Below are positions 9,326 through 18,912 of a DNA stretch of 58,682 nt, in pieces. Position numbers and translations under genes: made by a program. Under the pieces are notes generated by a model. It was not told the DNA's origin. It searched no databases and saw only the letters and a list, made by a program, of their open reading frames with translations. The stretch is from Vicinamibacterales bacterium (GTDB lineage Bacteria > Acidobacteriota > Vicinamibacteria > Vicinamibacterales > SCN-69-37). The stretch covers positions 1 to 58,682 of the forward strand of contig DASUGM010000063.1 in NCBI GenBank assembly GCA_036274055.1, given 5' to 3'. Every line of letters starts with the position of its first letter. The first letter of the stretch is position 1.

Positions 9326-9637
9326 CTAGTGCAGGTGCTGCGGTTCGGTCCAAGCCGAGAGCTTGGTCACGGCGTCGAATTGTCTGAGGAGCCGATTCAT
9401 GAACTCGCAGGCATCGTCGCGCTGGCAAAGCTGATCGAGCTGGCCCAGGATCCGTGACAGCGCTTCTTCGGCCTGGGCAATGGCAATGTCGGAGTAATAC
9501 TCGCGCTGCTGCTCGAGACAGCGATGATGTTTGAGAAATTCTTCGCGGAAAAAATCTGCGAGACAGCTGCAAACCGGCATGCACGCCGGTTTGGGACCTG
9601 AAGCGGAAACGCTGGAAAAGCGGCTCTTCAAGGCCAT
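9326..9637 (-). CDS. Hypothetical small Cys/His-containing protein
   Basis: ORF with Cys/His cluster (CMPVCSC...HHRC...C...C). An internal ATG (MPVCSC) is an alternative start. Sits just upstream of the 8893-9294 gene on the same strand. Local GC is lower than in the neighbours. Confidence 0.4.
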   Translation of the reverse strand: MALKSRFSSVSASGPKPACMPVCSCLADFFREEFLKHHRCLEQQREYYSDIAIAQAEEALSRILGQLDQLCQRDDACEFMNRLLRQFDAVTKLSAWTEPQHLH

Positions 9638-9702
9638 TTCAAAGCAGGGACGGTTCCCAGTTTACGGTCGAGGTGTGCGTCGTGTCAACGTCACATCTCG
9701 TT

Positions 9703-11172
9703 CTACGTGGAAGGTGTGTCGAGCGCGCGCTTCATCAGCGCGCTGACAACTTTGGGATTCGCCTTGCCTTTGCTGGCTTTCATCGCCTGTCCTACAAGAA
9801 AGCCAAACGTCGCGGTCTTGCCGCCGCGATATTGCTTGACCGGCTCTGGGTGAGCGGCAATTACGTCCGTCACCACCGCCTGCAGTTCCGCCTCATCGCC
9901 AATTTGGGCCAGCCCCTCGGCCTCGATGATGGCCTCCGCGGTGGCACCGGTGCCCCACATCTTCTCGAAGATCTCCTTGGCGACGGTGCTGCTGACGGTG
10001 CCGCGATCGGCATGCTGGATCAGTCCGGCGAGTGCGCTGGCGGTGACCGCGGTCTGGGCGATGTCGTCGACGCCGGCTTCCTTCAGCTTCCGCCGCACTT
10101 CGCCCTGAATCCAGTTACTCGCCGCTTTCGCCGGCGCTCCGGCGCCAACGACGGCTTCAAAGAAGTCGGCACCACCAGACAGGAAGCTGACCAGCTGATC
10201 GGCGTCGTACTCGCTCAACCCGTGCGCGGCAATCAGCCTCGCCCGGCGCGCCTCGGGCAGCTCGGCCATGGTCGCGCGCACCGACTCGACCCACGCCGCC
10301 GGCACGTCGAGAGGACCGAGATCGGGTTCGGGGAAATATCGGTAGTCGTGCGCTTCTTCCTTGCTGCGCATCGAGGTCGTGATGCCGGCGGTGCTGTCCC
10401 ACAGCCGTGTTTCCTGGACGACGCGGCCGCCGGAGGACACCACGTCGATCTGTCTGTCGATCTCGTACTCGAGCGCCTTCTGCAGGTAGCGGAACGAGTT
10501 GACGTTCTTGACCTCGGCCTTCGTGCCGAGCACCGTCTGGCCGGCCGGGCGCACCGAGACGTTCGCGTCACAGCGCAGGCTCCCCTCTTCCATGTTGCCG
10601 TCGTTGACGCCGAGCGCGACGAGCATCTCGCGGATGCGCCAGAAGCAGTCGGCGGCGTCGGCGGCATTGCGCAGGTCGGGCTCGGTCACGATCTCGAGCA
10701 GCGGCACCCCGGTGCGATTGAAATCGACGTAGGTGGCGCGGCTCGAATCCGGAAACCCGTGGTGCAGCGACTTGCCCGCGTCTTCCTCGAGGTGCGCCCG
10801 GGTGATGCCGACGACGGGCGTTTGCGCCTTCGGGCCGAGGCGCAGCGTGCCGCGCAACGCGATCGGCTTGTCGTACTGCGAAATCTGATAGCCCTTCGGG
10901 AGATCCGGGTAGAAGTAATTCTTGCGCGCAAAAATCGAGAGCGGCTGAATCTCGCACCCCAGCGCCAGACCGGCCTTGATCGCGAGATCGACAGCGCGGC
11001 GGTTGAGGACCGGCAGCGCGCCCGGCATGCCGAGGCACACCGGGCAGACATGGGTATTCGGAGGCGCGCCGAAGGCCGTCGGACAACCGCAGAAGATCTT
11101 GGTCGTCGTCAGCAGCTGCGCGTGGACTTCCAAGCCGATGACGGCTTCGAACGACGTCGCGCGGTCGGGCAC
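9703..11172 (-). CDS. gatB: Asp/Glu-tRNA(Asn/Gln) amidotransferase subunit B
   Basis: N-terminus FEAVIGLEVHAQLLTTTKIFCGC, conserved core, and a C-terminal YqeY-like tail (GKANPKVVSALMKRAL). Confidence 0.95.
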   Translation of the reverse strand: MPDRATSFEAVIGLEVHAQLLTTTKIFCGCPTAFGAPPNTHVCPVCLGMPGALPVLNRRAVDLAIKAGLALGCEIQPLSIFARKNYFYPDLPKGYQISQYDKPIALRGTLRLGPKAQTPVVGITRAHLEEDAGKSLHHGFPDSSRATYVDFNRTGVPLLEIVTEPDLRNAADAADCFWRIREMLVALGVNDGNMEEGSLRCDANVSVRPAGQTVLGTKAEVKNVNSFRYLQKALEYEIDRQIDVVSSGGRVVQETRLWDSTAGITTSMRSKEEAHDYRYFPEPDLGPLDVPAAWVESVRATMAELPEARRARLIAAHGLSEYDADQLVSFLSGGADFFEAVVGAGAPAKAASNWIQGEVRRKLKEAGVDDIAQTAVTASALAGLIQHADRGTVSSTVAKEIFEKMWGTGATAEAIIEAEGLAQIGDEAELQAVVTDVIAAHPEPVKQYRGGKTATFGFLVGQAMKASKGKANPKVVSALMKRALDTPST

Positions 11173-11174
11173 GT

Positions 11175-12770
11175 TCAGACCTTCGGGCCAGCCGCCTTGA
11201 CGTCGGGCGCCGCGGTCTTCTCGAACGTCTTGAAGTTGTCGGCGAACATCGTCGCCAGCTTCTTCGCCTGCGCGTCGTAGGCGTTCTTGTCGGCCCAGGT
11301 ATTGCGCGGCGTGAGCGCGTCAGCCGGGACGCCCGGCACTGCCGTCGGCACCTCGAGGTTGAAGACCGGATCGAGCTGGTACTTCACGTTGTCGAGCTGG
11401 CCGGTGAGCGCCGCAGTGATCATCGCTCGGGTGTGCGCGATCTTCATCCGCTTGCCGGTGCCGTAGGGGCCGCCGGTCCAGCCGGTGTTGACGAGCCAGA
11501 CCTTCGCGTTGTGCCTGGCGATCCGCTCACCGAGCAGCCTGGCGTAGACGTTCGGATCCCACACCATGAACGGCGCGCCGAAGCAGGTGCTGAACGTCGC
11601 TTTCGGCTCGGTGACGCCGCGCTCGGTGCCGGCGACCTTCGCGGTGTAGCCCGACAGAAAGTGGTACATCGCGCCGGCCGGCGACAACCGCGCAATCGGC
11701 GGCAAGACGCCGAAGGCGTCGGCGGTCAGCATCACCACGTTGGTCGGATGTCCGGCCTGGCTGCCCGGCAGGGCGTTGTCGATGAACTGCAGCGGATAGG
11801 CGCCGCGGGTGTTCTCGGTGACGGCGTCGTCGTTCAGATCGAGCGCCCGGGTCACGGGATCGCAGGTCACGTTCTCGAGCACCGTGCCGAAGCGCCGCGT
11901 GGTCTCGTAGATTTGCGGTTCGGCCTCGGCCGAGAGGCGAATCATCTTCGCGTAGCAGCCGCCTTCGAAGTTGAACACGCCCGTCGTGCTCCAGCCGTGT
12001 TCGTCGTCGCCGATCAACTGGCGATCGGCATCGCTCGAGAGCGTCGTCTTGCCGGTGCCCGACAAGCCGAAGAACAGCGCCACATCGCCCTTGGCGCCGA
12101 CGTTGGCCGAGCAGTGCATCGGCATCGTGTCCTTCAGCGGCAGGATGTAGTTCATGACGGTGAAGATCGATTTTTTGATCTCGCCGGCGTAGTTGGTCCC
12201 GCCAATCAGCACCAGCTTCTTGGCGAAGTTGAGCAGGATGAAAACTTCGGAGTTGGTTTTGTCGGCGTCCTTGGTCGCGGTGAAGCTCGGGACGTCGATG
12301 ACCGTGAACTGCGGGTCGTGCTGGAGCCGCTTCTGCGGGTCGGTTTCCGGGATGAACATGTGACGCGCGAAGAGCGAGTGCCACGCGCGCTCGGTGATGA
12401 TGCGGATCGGCAGCCGGAATTCAGGATCGGCACCGGCCCAGCAATCCTGCACAAACAGGTCCTTGCCCCGCATGTGCGCGAGCATGCGCCGATGCAGGCC
12501 GTCGAACGCTTCGGCGTCGATCGGGCGGTTGACCTTGCCCCACGCCACGTGCGACGAGCTCGACGGCTCCTTGACGATGAACTTGTCGTTGGGTGAGCGC
12601 CCGGTGTGCTGGCCGGTGCTGCACACGATCGGCCCGTCGACCGAAATCACGCCTTCGCTCCGGCGCACGGCCTGCTCGTACAACGCCGGCACGCTGAGGC
12701 TCCAGTAGATGTGGGACGCGCCCTCGATGCCCACCGATTCCAGTCCGACTTTGCGATCACCCTGAGACAT
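11175..12770 (-). CDS. pckA: Phosphoenolpyruvate carboxykinase (ATP)
   Basis: ATP-PEPCK P-loop FFGLSGTGKTTLS, IGDDEHGW and NTGWTGG motifs. 531 aa. Confidence 0.95.
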   Translation of the reverse strand: MSQGDRKVGLESVGIEGASHIYWSLSVPALYEQAVRRSEGVISVDGPIVCSTGQHTGRSPNDKFIVKEPSSSSHVAWGKVNRPIDAEAFDGLHRRMLAHMRGKDLFVQDCWAGADPEFRLPIRIITERAWHSLFARHMFIPETDPQKRLQHDPQFTVIDVPSFTATKDADKTNSEVFILLNFAKKLVLIGGTNYAGEIKKSIFTVMNYILPLKDTMPMHCSANVGAKGDVALFFGLSGTGKTTLSSDADRQLIGDDEHGWSTTGVFNFEGGCYAKMIRLSAEAEPQIYETTRRFGTVLENVTCDPVTRALDLNDDAVTENTRGAYPLQFIDNALPGSQAGHPTNVVMLTADAFGVLPPIARLSPAGAMYHFLSGYTAKVAGTERGVTEPKATFSTCFGAPFMVWDPNVYARLLGERIARHNAKVWLVNTGWTGGPYGTGKRMKIAHTRAMITAALTGQLDNVKYQLDPVFNLEVPTAVPGVPADALTPRNTWADKNAYDAQAKKLATMFADNFKTFEKTAAPDVKAAGPKV

Positions 12771-12995
12771 GAAGACTCCTTAACAGCCCGACAAACGCTT
12801 GATCCTACCCCACCGTCGAGCCGGCAGTCACCTCAGGGCGGCGTCGCGCGGCGGGCTACGGCGACCCGGCCTCGACGAGCGCGCGGCGAAGATGGCAAAC
12901 GTCGAACAGGCCATCGACCGACGCCCGCGCCGACCGGCGCAGACACTCCGCGCCAGTTCCCCCGGCGCTCGACCATTACACTAGTGCTGAATTGA

Positions 12996-13026
12996 GTGAA
13001 TGGGTGAATGAGTGAATGGGTGGATG
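12996..13026. repeat. Direct tandem repeat (GTGAATGR) x4
   Basis: gtgaatg g gtgaatg a gtgaatg g gtggatg, followed by looser CTGAGTRA-like units up to the GTG start at 13058. No complementary arm was found. Confidence 0.85.
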
Positions 13027-13057
13027 CGCTGAGTAAACTGAGGAAATGGGCGACTGA

Positions 13058-14014
13058 GTGACTGCCTGGACCGTGCGGGTGGTGACTACTCTTGGGCTGC
13101 TCGCCATCGCGGCGTGCGTGGCGCCGCGGATTCCCGAAGCGGCCCCGGCGATCTCGGTGCCGGCGCAGTTGCGCGTCCGGGTTGGACGCAGCGTCAGGGT
13201 GGTGCCGATCGAGGAGTACGTCGCCGGATCAGCGCTGTCTGAAGTATCGCCCACGAGCGCCACGCCGGCGACCGCCCGACGGATTTTCGAAGTGCAAGCC
13301 GTGCTCGCACGCACTTATGCGACCACGCACGTCGGGCGCCATGCGCGCGAGGGCTTCGACCTCTGCGACGCGACGCACTGCCAGCTGTACGAACCCGATC
13401 GCCTGCGAACCTCGCGGTTCGCGGCCCTCGCGCGCGAGGCCACGGCGAACACCGCCGGTCTCGTGATTGCCTTCGGCAATCGACCGGCCGAGGCGCTGTT
13501 TCATGCTGACTGCGGAGGGCACACCGCCTCAGGCGAGGCGGTGTGGGGCGGCGCGCCCGAGGCGTACCTGCACGGCGTGCGGGATCAGGTGCCCGGCCTC
13601 ACGCACACGACGTGGACGCTCGACAGCGCCCCCGACGAGCTGCGCCGCGCGCTCGCCAAGGATCCGCGAACCGATGTCGGCCGCCGGCTCGACACGATTC
13701 GCGTGGTGCGCCGCGACGCCAGCGACCGCGCGTCGTCGATTGAACTGCGCGGCGAGCACACGCGGGTCGTCCGCGGCGAGGATTTTCGCGCCATCGTCAA
13801 CGCGACGCTCGGAAACCGCGCGGTTCGCAGCACGCGGTTTGCCGTCAAGAAAACGGGCGGGGGGTTCCAGTTGTCCGGCTCCGGATTCGGTCACGGCGTC
13901 GGCCTCTGTCAGGTCGGCGCCGCCGCCAGGGCAAAGCGGGGCGATTCGACGGGCGACATCATCGGCGCTTATTTCCGGGGCGCGAGGATCGTCGCGGCGA
14001 CCAGGGACCGCTGA
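13058..14014 (+). CDS. SpoIID/LytB domain protein
   Basis: Signal/lipoprotein-like N-terminus (LLAIAAC). SpoIID-type motifs (FDLCDATHCQLY, ALFHADCGGHT, GHGVGLCQVGA). GTG start. Confidence 0.85.
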   Translation: MTAWTVRVVTTLGLLAIAACVAPRIPEAAPAISVPAQLRVRVGRSVRVVPIEEYVAGSALSEVSPTSATPATARRIFEVQAVLARTYATTHVGRHAREGFDLCDATHCQLYEPDRLRTSRFAALAREATANTAGLVIAFGNRPAEALFHADCGGHTASGEAVWGGAPEAYLHGVRDQVPGLTHTTWTLDSAPDELRRALAKDPRTDVGRRLDTIRVVRRDASDRASSIELRGEHTRVVRGEDFRAIVNATLGNRAVRSTRFAVKKTGGGFQLSGSGFGHGVGLCQVGAAARAKRGDSTGDIIGAYFRGARIVAATRDR

Positions 14015-14018
14015 AGCG

Positions 14019-14053
14019 GGGACGGGGGTGCTTGCGCGGAGCGACCCCGTCCC
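14019..14053 (+). terminator. Terminator-like hairpin after the SpoIID-domain gene
   Basis: gggacgggg ... ccccgtccc (9-bp G/C stem, 17-nt loop), 5 nt after the stop. No T-tract follows. Confidence 0.4.
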
Positions 14054-14098
14054 GCCCGGACTCGACCTCACCCGGTTACAATAGAGCCGTAAACGCCC

Positions 14099-14794
14099 GT
14101 GTCCTTTGGGCGTATCCCTATGACAGGAGAGCCCCAGCCGCCCGTGAGCGCCAAGGAAGCCGACGCCCGCGTGGCGGTCGACGTCAAAGCGCTGCAAGCC
14201 GCCGGACGGCTCGATGCCGCCCGCGATCGGTTTGCGGAGCTCGTCGCGCGTCATCAGCGCCGCGCGATTCGCATCGCGATGCACTATTTGCGCGATGCGG
14301 CGGACGCCGACGAAGCGGTGCAGGATGCGTTCGTCAAGTCGTACACGCATCTGGGGACGTTTCGCGAGGAACTGCCCTTCGAGATCTGGTTCACGCGCAT
14401 TCTGATCAACGGATGCCTGGATCGGCTGAAGGGCCGCCGGCGCCGGGAGCGATGGATTGCCCCACCGCAACTCGACCCGTCCGGCAACGAGCGAGATCCG
14501 GCCGAGTATCTGCCCTCCCGCGGGCCCAGCCCCGAGGACCAGCTGCTCGCCGACGAACGCCGCCGGCGGTTGAAGGCGGCGCTTGGTGAACTACCGGAGC
14601 GGCAGCGCCTGGTGTTCATGTTGAGTCATTTCGACGGTCGATCCTCCCGAGAGGTGAGCGCCATGACGGGGCTCAACGAGTCGACCGTGCGTGTGCATCT
14701 GTTCCGTGCGATCCGACGCTTGCGAGCCGTGCTGGCTCCTGGCGCGGCGGCGGCAGAGGTGACGCGAGGAAGGAGCAGTCGTGCGGCTCGTTGA
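14099..14794 (+). CDS. ECF-type RNA polymerase sigma factor
   Basis: Region 2 (ADADEAVQDAFVKSYTHLGTFREELPFEIWFTRILINGCLDRLK) and region 4 (SSREVSAMTGLNESTVRVHLFRAIRRLR). The exact start is uncertain. Confidence 0.85.
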   Translation: MSFGRIPMTGEPQPPVSAKEADARVAVDVKALQAAGRLDAARDRFAELVARHQRRAIRIAMHYLRDAADADEAVQDAFVKSYTHLGTFREELPFEIWFTRILINGCLDRLKGRRRRERWIAPPQLDPSGNERDPAEYLPSRGPSPEDQLLADERRRRLKAALGELPERQRLVFMLSHFDGRSSREVSAMTGLNESTVRVHLFRAIRRLRAVLAPGAAAAEVTRGRSSRAAR

Positions 14795-15377
14795 TGCAGT
14801 GTTGCGTCAGGGACATTTGTCGGAGCAGGCGCTGGCCGAGGCGTTGATGACGGGCGAACGGCCCGCTCACCTCGACCGGTGCGACGTCTGTGCCGCGCGC
14901 GCGGTCGAACTCGGCCGCTGGCTCGACGACGTTCGCGCCGTCGGCATCGAAGCCGCCGATCGGGCCTTTCCGCCCGAACGCCTGGCCGCCCAGCAGGCGC
15001 AGATTCTCCGCAAGCTCGAGCAGCTCGACGAGCCGGCGCGCGTCATCGCGTTCCCGGCCGCGGGCCGAATGCTCGGACGCGAGGCCGGCGGTCGCCGCGT
15101 CGCTCCGGCCTGGGTCGGCGTCGCCGCCGCGGCTGGACTCCTCCTTGGCGTCATTGGCGGGCAGTGGAGCGCGCGGCTGTTGCAGACCGCACCGCCGCCG
15201 GCGCCCGCCGTCGCCGCGGTGCAGCCGACGGCGCCCGCGCCGGTCGCCGACCCCTTGACGCTGCCGTCGTCGATTTTCGATCTCGACCTCGATGGCGCGG
15301 TCGCGCCGTCGCTCGCGCCGATCAATGACCTGACGCCGGCGATGACGACGGCAAGGGCGATCAGATCTGGTGGCTAG
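14781..15377 (+). CDS. Putative anti-sigma factor (zf-HC2-like)
   Basis: Overlaps the sigma gene 3' end. N-terminal H..C..C motif (HLDRCDVCAARA), one TM (VAPAWVGVAAAAGLLLGVIGG) and a Pro/Ala-rich C-terminus. Confidence 0.6.
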   Translation: MRLVDAVLRQGHLSEQALAEALMTGERPAHLDRCDVCAARAVELGRWLDDVRAVGIEAADRAFPPERLAAQQAQILRKLEQLDEPARVIAFPAAGRMLGREAGGRRVAPAWVGVAAAAGLLLGVIGGQWSARLLQTAPPPAPAVAAVQPTAPAPVADPLTLPSSIFDLDLDGAVAPSLAPINDLTPAMTTARAIRSGG

Positions 15378-16565
15378 TTGCCGTCACTGATTTTCCGCAA
15401 GGGCCTGGATCTCAAGGACGCCGTCGCCGGGGAACTCGCGGCGGCCTATCACAGCCACATCGTCGACGCGATTCGCGCCGCCGGCTACGTCCGCGCGTCG
15501 GGCCGGCTGACCATCCATCTCGCCAAAGAGTTCGGCTTCTGCTACGGCGTCGATCGCGCCGTCGACTACGCCTATCAGACCCGCCGCAAGTTTCCCGACA
15601 AGCGGGTGTTCCTGACCGGCGAAATCATCCACAACCCGCACGTCAACGATCAGCTGCGCGAACGTGGCATCCGTCTGCTGACGGATCCGGGCGAAGATCC
15701 GGCCACGCTCGGCGCCGACGACGTGGTGATTCTGCCGGCGTTTGGCGTCTCGATTGGCGAGCTCGAGCGGCTGACGCGTACCGGCTGCACGCTCGTCGAC
15801 ACCACCTGCGGGTCGGTCCTGAATGTCTGGAAGAACGTCCGTCGCTACGCTCAGGACGGGTTTACCTCGGTGATCCACGGCAAGGTGTCGCACGAAGAGA
15901 CGCGCGCGACCGCCTCGCAGGCCACCCAGTTCCCCGGCGCGCACTACCTGATCGTGCGCGACGAGGCCGAAGCCCAGCGCGTCTGCGACTACATCCGCCA
16001 GGGCGGCGACGCGGCCGGCTTCATCGCCTACTTTGGCCAGGCGGCGTCGCCCGGGTTCGATCCGGATACCCACCTCCTGCGCGTCGGCTGCGCCAACCAG
16101 ACGACGATGCTGATGAGCGAATCACTGGCGATTGGCGAGATGCTGCGCGCAGCCATGCGCGACCGACATGGCGATGCCGAGCTGGCCTCGCGGTTCCGGG
16201 CCTTTGACACCATCTGCAGCGCCACCCAGGAGCGTCAGGATGCCGTGGTCGCCCTGCTCGACGAGCAGCGACTCGACCTGATGGTGGTCATTGGCGGCTA
16301 CAACAGCAGCAATACCTGCAATCTGGCCCGGATTTGCGCCGACCACGTGCCGACGTTCCACATCGCCGACCCGTCCTGTCTCGAAGGGGCGGACGCAATC
16401 CGCCACCGGCCAATTGGCGCGCCGTCGACGGCGTCGGTCCCCGAGATTGTGACAAGAGTGTGGCTCCCGGCCGGTCAGATTCGGGTCGGCTTGACCGCCG
16501 GGGCCTCGACCCCGAACAACATCGTCGGGCAAGTGGTCGAACGGCTGGAAAAGCTGGCAGAATAA
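15378..16565 (+). CDS. ispH: 4-hydroxy-3-methylbut-2-enyl diphosphate reductase (long form)
   Basis: Conserved Cys contexts FGFCYGVDRAV, VDTTCGSV and DTICSATQERQ, plus GGYNSSNT. N-terminal extension as in long-form IspH. TTG start directly after the preceding stop. Confidence 0.9.
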   Translation: MPSLIFRKGLDLKDAVAGELAAAYHSHIVDAIRAAGYVRASGRLTIHLAKEFGFCYGVDRAVDYAYQTRRKFPDKRVFLTGEIIHNPHVNDQLRERGIRLLTDPGEDPATLGADDVVILPAFGVSIGELERLTRTGCTLVDTTCGSVLNVWKNVRRYAQDGFTSVIHGKVSHEETRATASQATQFPGAHYLIVRDEAEAQRVCDYIRQGGDAAGFIAYFGQAASPGFDPDTHLLRVGCANQTTMLMSESLAIGEMLRAAMRDRHGDAELASRFRAFDTICSATQERQDAVVALLDEQRLDLMVVIGGYNSSNTCNLARICADHVPTFHIADPSCLEGADAIRHRPIGAPSTASVPEIVTRVWLPAGQIRVGLTAGASTPNNIVGQVVERLEKLAE

Positions 16566-16613
16566 CGGCCTACGGCCGTAAACATACTCCTCCTACCCGG
16601 CGTAAATCGACCT

Positions 16614-17207
16614 GTGACACCCCAGAGACCCGCAACGACCAATTGGGTCTGGCTGACGTGTGTCGCCGTGCTAGTGGCGGCCACGACATGGACCGGCGCG
16701 AGCCTCACGGCGACCGGCCCGACGCCGACCTTGCAAGCGACCCAGCCACCGCCGCGTCCCGGCGCGACCTCGCCATCGCCCGCGCAGAGTCCGCAAGGGC
16801 GCTCCGGCGATCCCAATGCGCGGCAGACCTTCACGCCGTTTTCGTCGTTCGAGTGGTGGAACGACGCCGACGTCAAGAAGGAAATCGGCCTCGCCGAGGA
16901 CAAGGCGAAAAAGATCAGCGAGTACTACGAGAGCCGCAATCGCCAGATGCGCCCGTGGATCGAGGACTGGCGCCGCGAGCGCGCGGTGCTCGACAAAATG
17001 ACCCAGGAGCGCATCACTGACGAAACCTCCTACGGCATGCAGGTCTGGCGCGTCGAACAGCTCACCGCGAAGCTGCGGGAGACCCGGGGGATGATGGCGT
17101 ACCGGATGTATCTGCAGCTCTCGCCCGAGCAATACAAGAAACTTCGGGAGTGGATTGACCGTCGATCCAACGGTCGAGGCGGCCGTGGGGGCCCCGCGCC
17201 GCGCTAG
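16614..17207 (+). CDS. Periplasmic helical protein, Spy/CpxP-like (tentative)
   Basis: Signal-like N-terminus, charged helical body with an LxxEQ-type element (LQLSPEQYKKLREW) and an RGG tail. Family call is tentative. Confidence 0.5.
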   Translation: MTPQRPATTNWVWLTCVAVLVAATTWTGASLTATGPTPTLQATQPPPRPGATSPSPAQSPQGRSGDPNARQTFTPFSSFEWWNDADVKKEIGLAEDKAKKISEYYESRNRQMRPWIEDWRRERAVLDKMTQERITDETSYGMQVWRVEQLTAKLRETRGMMAYRMYLQLSPEQYKKLREWIDRRSNGRGGRGGPAPR

Positions 17208-17284
17208 CCGCGCGTTCGTCGGCGCCAGGCCCCCCGCGTCCCTCTCCTGATACAGTTCTCTGCCGTTTTCTGGAGTTCATCGAA

Positions 17285-18883
17285 ATGATCAACGCATCGC
17301 GTAACGCAAGAATCTGGACGCTCGCCCTGGCCGCCACGGCGATGTCGGCCAGCCTTTCCGCACAACAGCAGGCCAACGCGCCGGCCGGCCAGGCGCAGCG
17401 CGCCGACCCCTACGTCGTCGGCCAGGCGCGTCCGCCGGTGGTCGAGGGCACCAACGTCGTCGATCTGACCCTGGAGCAGGCGATGGCGATGGCGCTCGAG
17501 AAGAATCTGGAGTTGAAAGTCGCGCGGATGAACCCGTCCGGCGTCGACTACCAGCTGCAGTCGGCGCGGGCGGCGTTCCTGCCCCGCTACACCGCGACCT
17601 ACGGCTACAGCAACACGCTGCAGCCATCGAACGACATCCTGCAGGGCGTCGCCACCGTCAGCTCGCTGACGCAGAACTTCAACGCCGGCGCGAGCATGCT
17701 GCTGCCGTGGCACGGCGCCAACGTGTCGGCCAACTTCACCAACAACCGGAACTCGACGAACACCCTGAACGCGCGCCTCAATCCGTCGTTCGGGTCGGCG
17801 GTCCGTTTCTCCTATACGCAGCCGTTGCTGGCCGGGTGGCACATGGACAACACCCGCAATCAGACACGGACGCTCAGCGTGACCCGGCAGATCGCCGACA
17901 TCACGCTGCTCGCGACGATCGAAAACACCAAGGCCAGCGTCCGCACGAACTACTGGAACCTGCGCTCGGCGATCGAGCAGATCGAGATTCAGCGCCGCTC
18001 GCTGGCGCTGGCGCGTCAGTTCTACGAGGAGAACAAGATCAAGGTCGAGATCGGCACCGCGGCGCCGATTGACATCGTCCAGCCGGAAGCGCAGGTCCTC
18101 AACGCCGAACAGGCGCTGCTCGCCGCCGAAGTCAGCTGGCGTACGGCCGAGCTCAACTTCAAGCGGCTGATCGCCAACGGGCCCGAGGACGAGATTTACC
18201 GCGCGACGATCAACCCGATCGAACAGGCGGTCCTGGCCGTGCAGAGCGTCGACATTCCCGCCGCGGTCAGCGCCGCGGTGGCCAATCGCTCGGACATCGT
18301 GACCACCAAGCGCAACCTGGAAATCAGCCAGTTGAACCTCGAGGTCACCAAGGACCTGACCAAACCCAACCTCGGCCTGACCGCCGGCTTCAACAGCACC
18401 GGGCAGGGCGGCACGCGTTTCTCGAATGGCCAGATTACCGAGGATTCCGGGTATTGGGGCGCGCTGACCAACCTCACCAGCCTGCTCAACAAGGGCTTCA
18501 GCGCCCAGCTCGACTTCACGCTGCCCTTCGGCCGCGACGTCACGCAGAACCGCGTCAACTACGCGCGCGCCGTCCTCCAGATCGATCAGGCGCAGGCGCA
18601 GCTGAAAGCGACCGAACTGAACATCACCAACGAAGTGACCAACGCCGGGCTGGCGGTCGAGAACACGTACAAGCTGTGGCAGGCGGCGCAGAAGGCGCGC
18701 GAAGCCGCCGACAAGAGCGCCGAGGCCGAACAGACGCGCTTCAGCCTCGGGATGTCGACGAACTATCAGGTGCTCGATCTGCAGACGCGGCAGACGCAGC
18801 AGCGGCTGGTCGAACTCGGCCGGCTGATCAACTACCTCAACGCCGTGGCGGAGTTCGATCGCGTCCAGCGCGTGGGCCGGTAA
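17285..18883 (+). CDS. TolC-family outer membrane efflux protein
   Basis: Signal peptide (TLALAATAMSASLSAQQ). Two tandem OEP-type repeats with a characteristic coiled/beta pattern. 532 aa. Confidence 0.9.
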   Translation: MINASRNARIWTLALAATAMSASLSAQQQANAPAGQAQRADPYVVGQARPPVVEGTNVVDLTLEQAMAMALEKNLELKVARMNPSGVDYQLQSARAAFLPRYTATYGYSNTLQPSNDILQGVATVSSLTQNFNAGASMLLPWHGANVSANFTNNRNSTNTLNARLNPSFGSAVRFSYTQPLLAGWHMDNTRNQTRTLSVTRQIADITLLATIENTKASVRTNYWNLRSAIEQIEIQRRSLALARQFYEENKIKVEIGTAAPIDIVQPEAQVLNAEQALLAAEVSWRTAELNFKRLIANGPEDEIYRATINPIEQAVLAVQSVDIPAAVSAAVANRSDIVTTKRNLEISQLNLEVTKDLTKPNLGLTAGFNSTGQGGTRFSNGQITEDSGYWGALTNLTSLLNKGFSAQLDFTLPFGRDVTQNRVNYARAVLQIDQAQAQLKATELNITNEVTNAGLAVENTYKLWQAAQKAREAADKSAEAEQTRFSLGMSTNYQVLDLQTRQTQQRLVELGRLINYLNAVAEFDRVQRVGR

Positions 18884-18912
18884 GACACGCTCTCAGGGCT
18901 GGTCGAAATTGC

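Noticed and set aside
18454-18912. N-terminal extension of the RND adaptor ORF
   Set aside because: It overlaps the 3' end of the TolC-family gene out of frame. A canonical membrane-anchor start (MRKVLVAVIVLGAL) exists at 18913.
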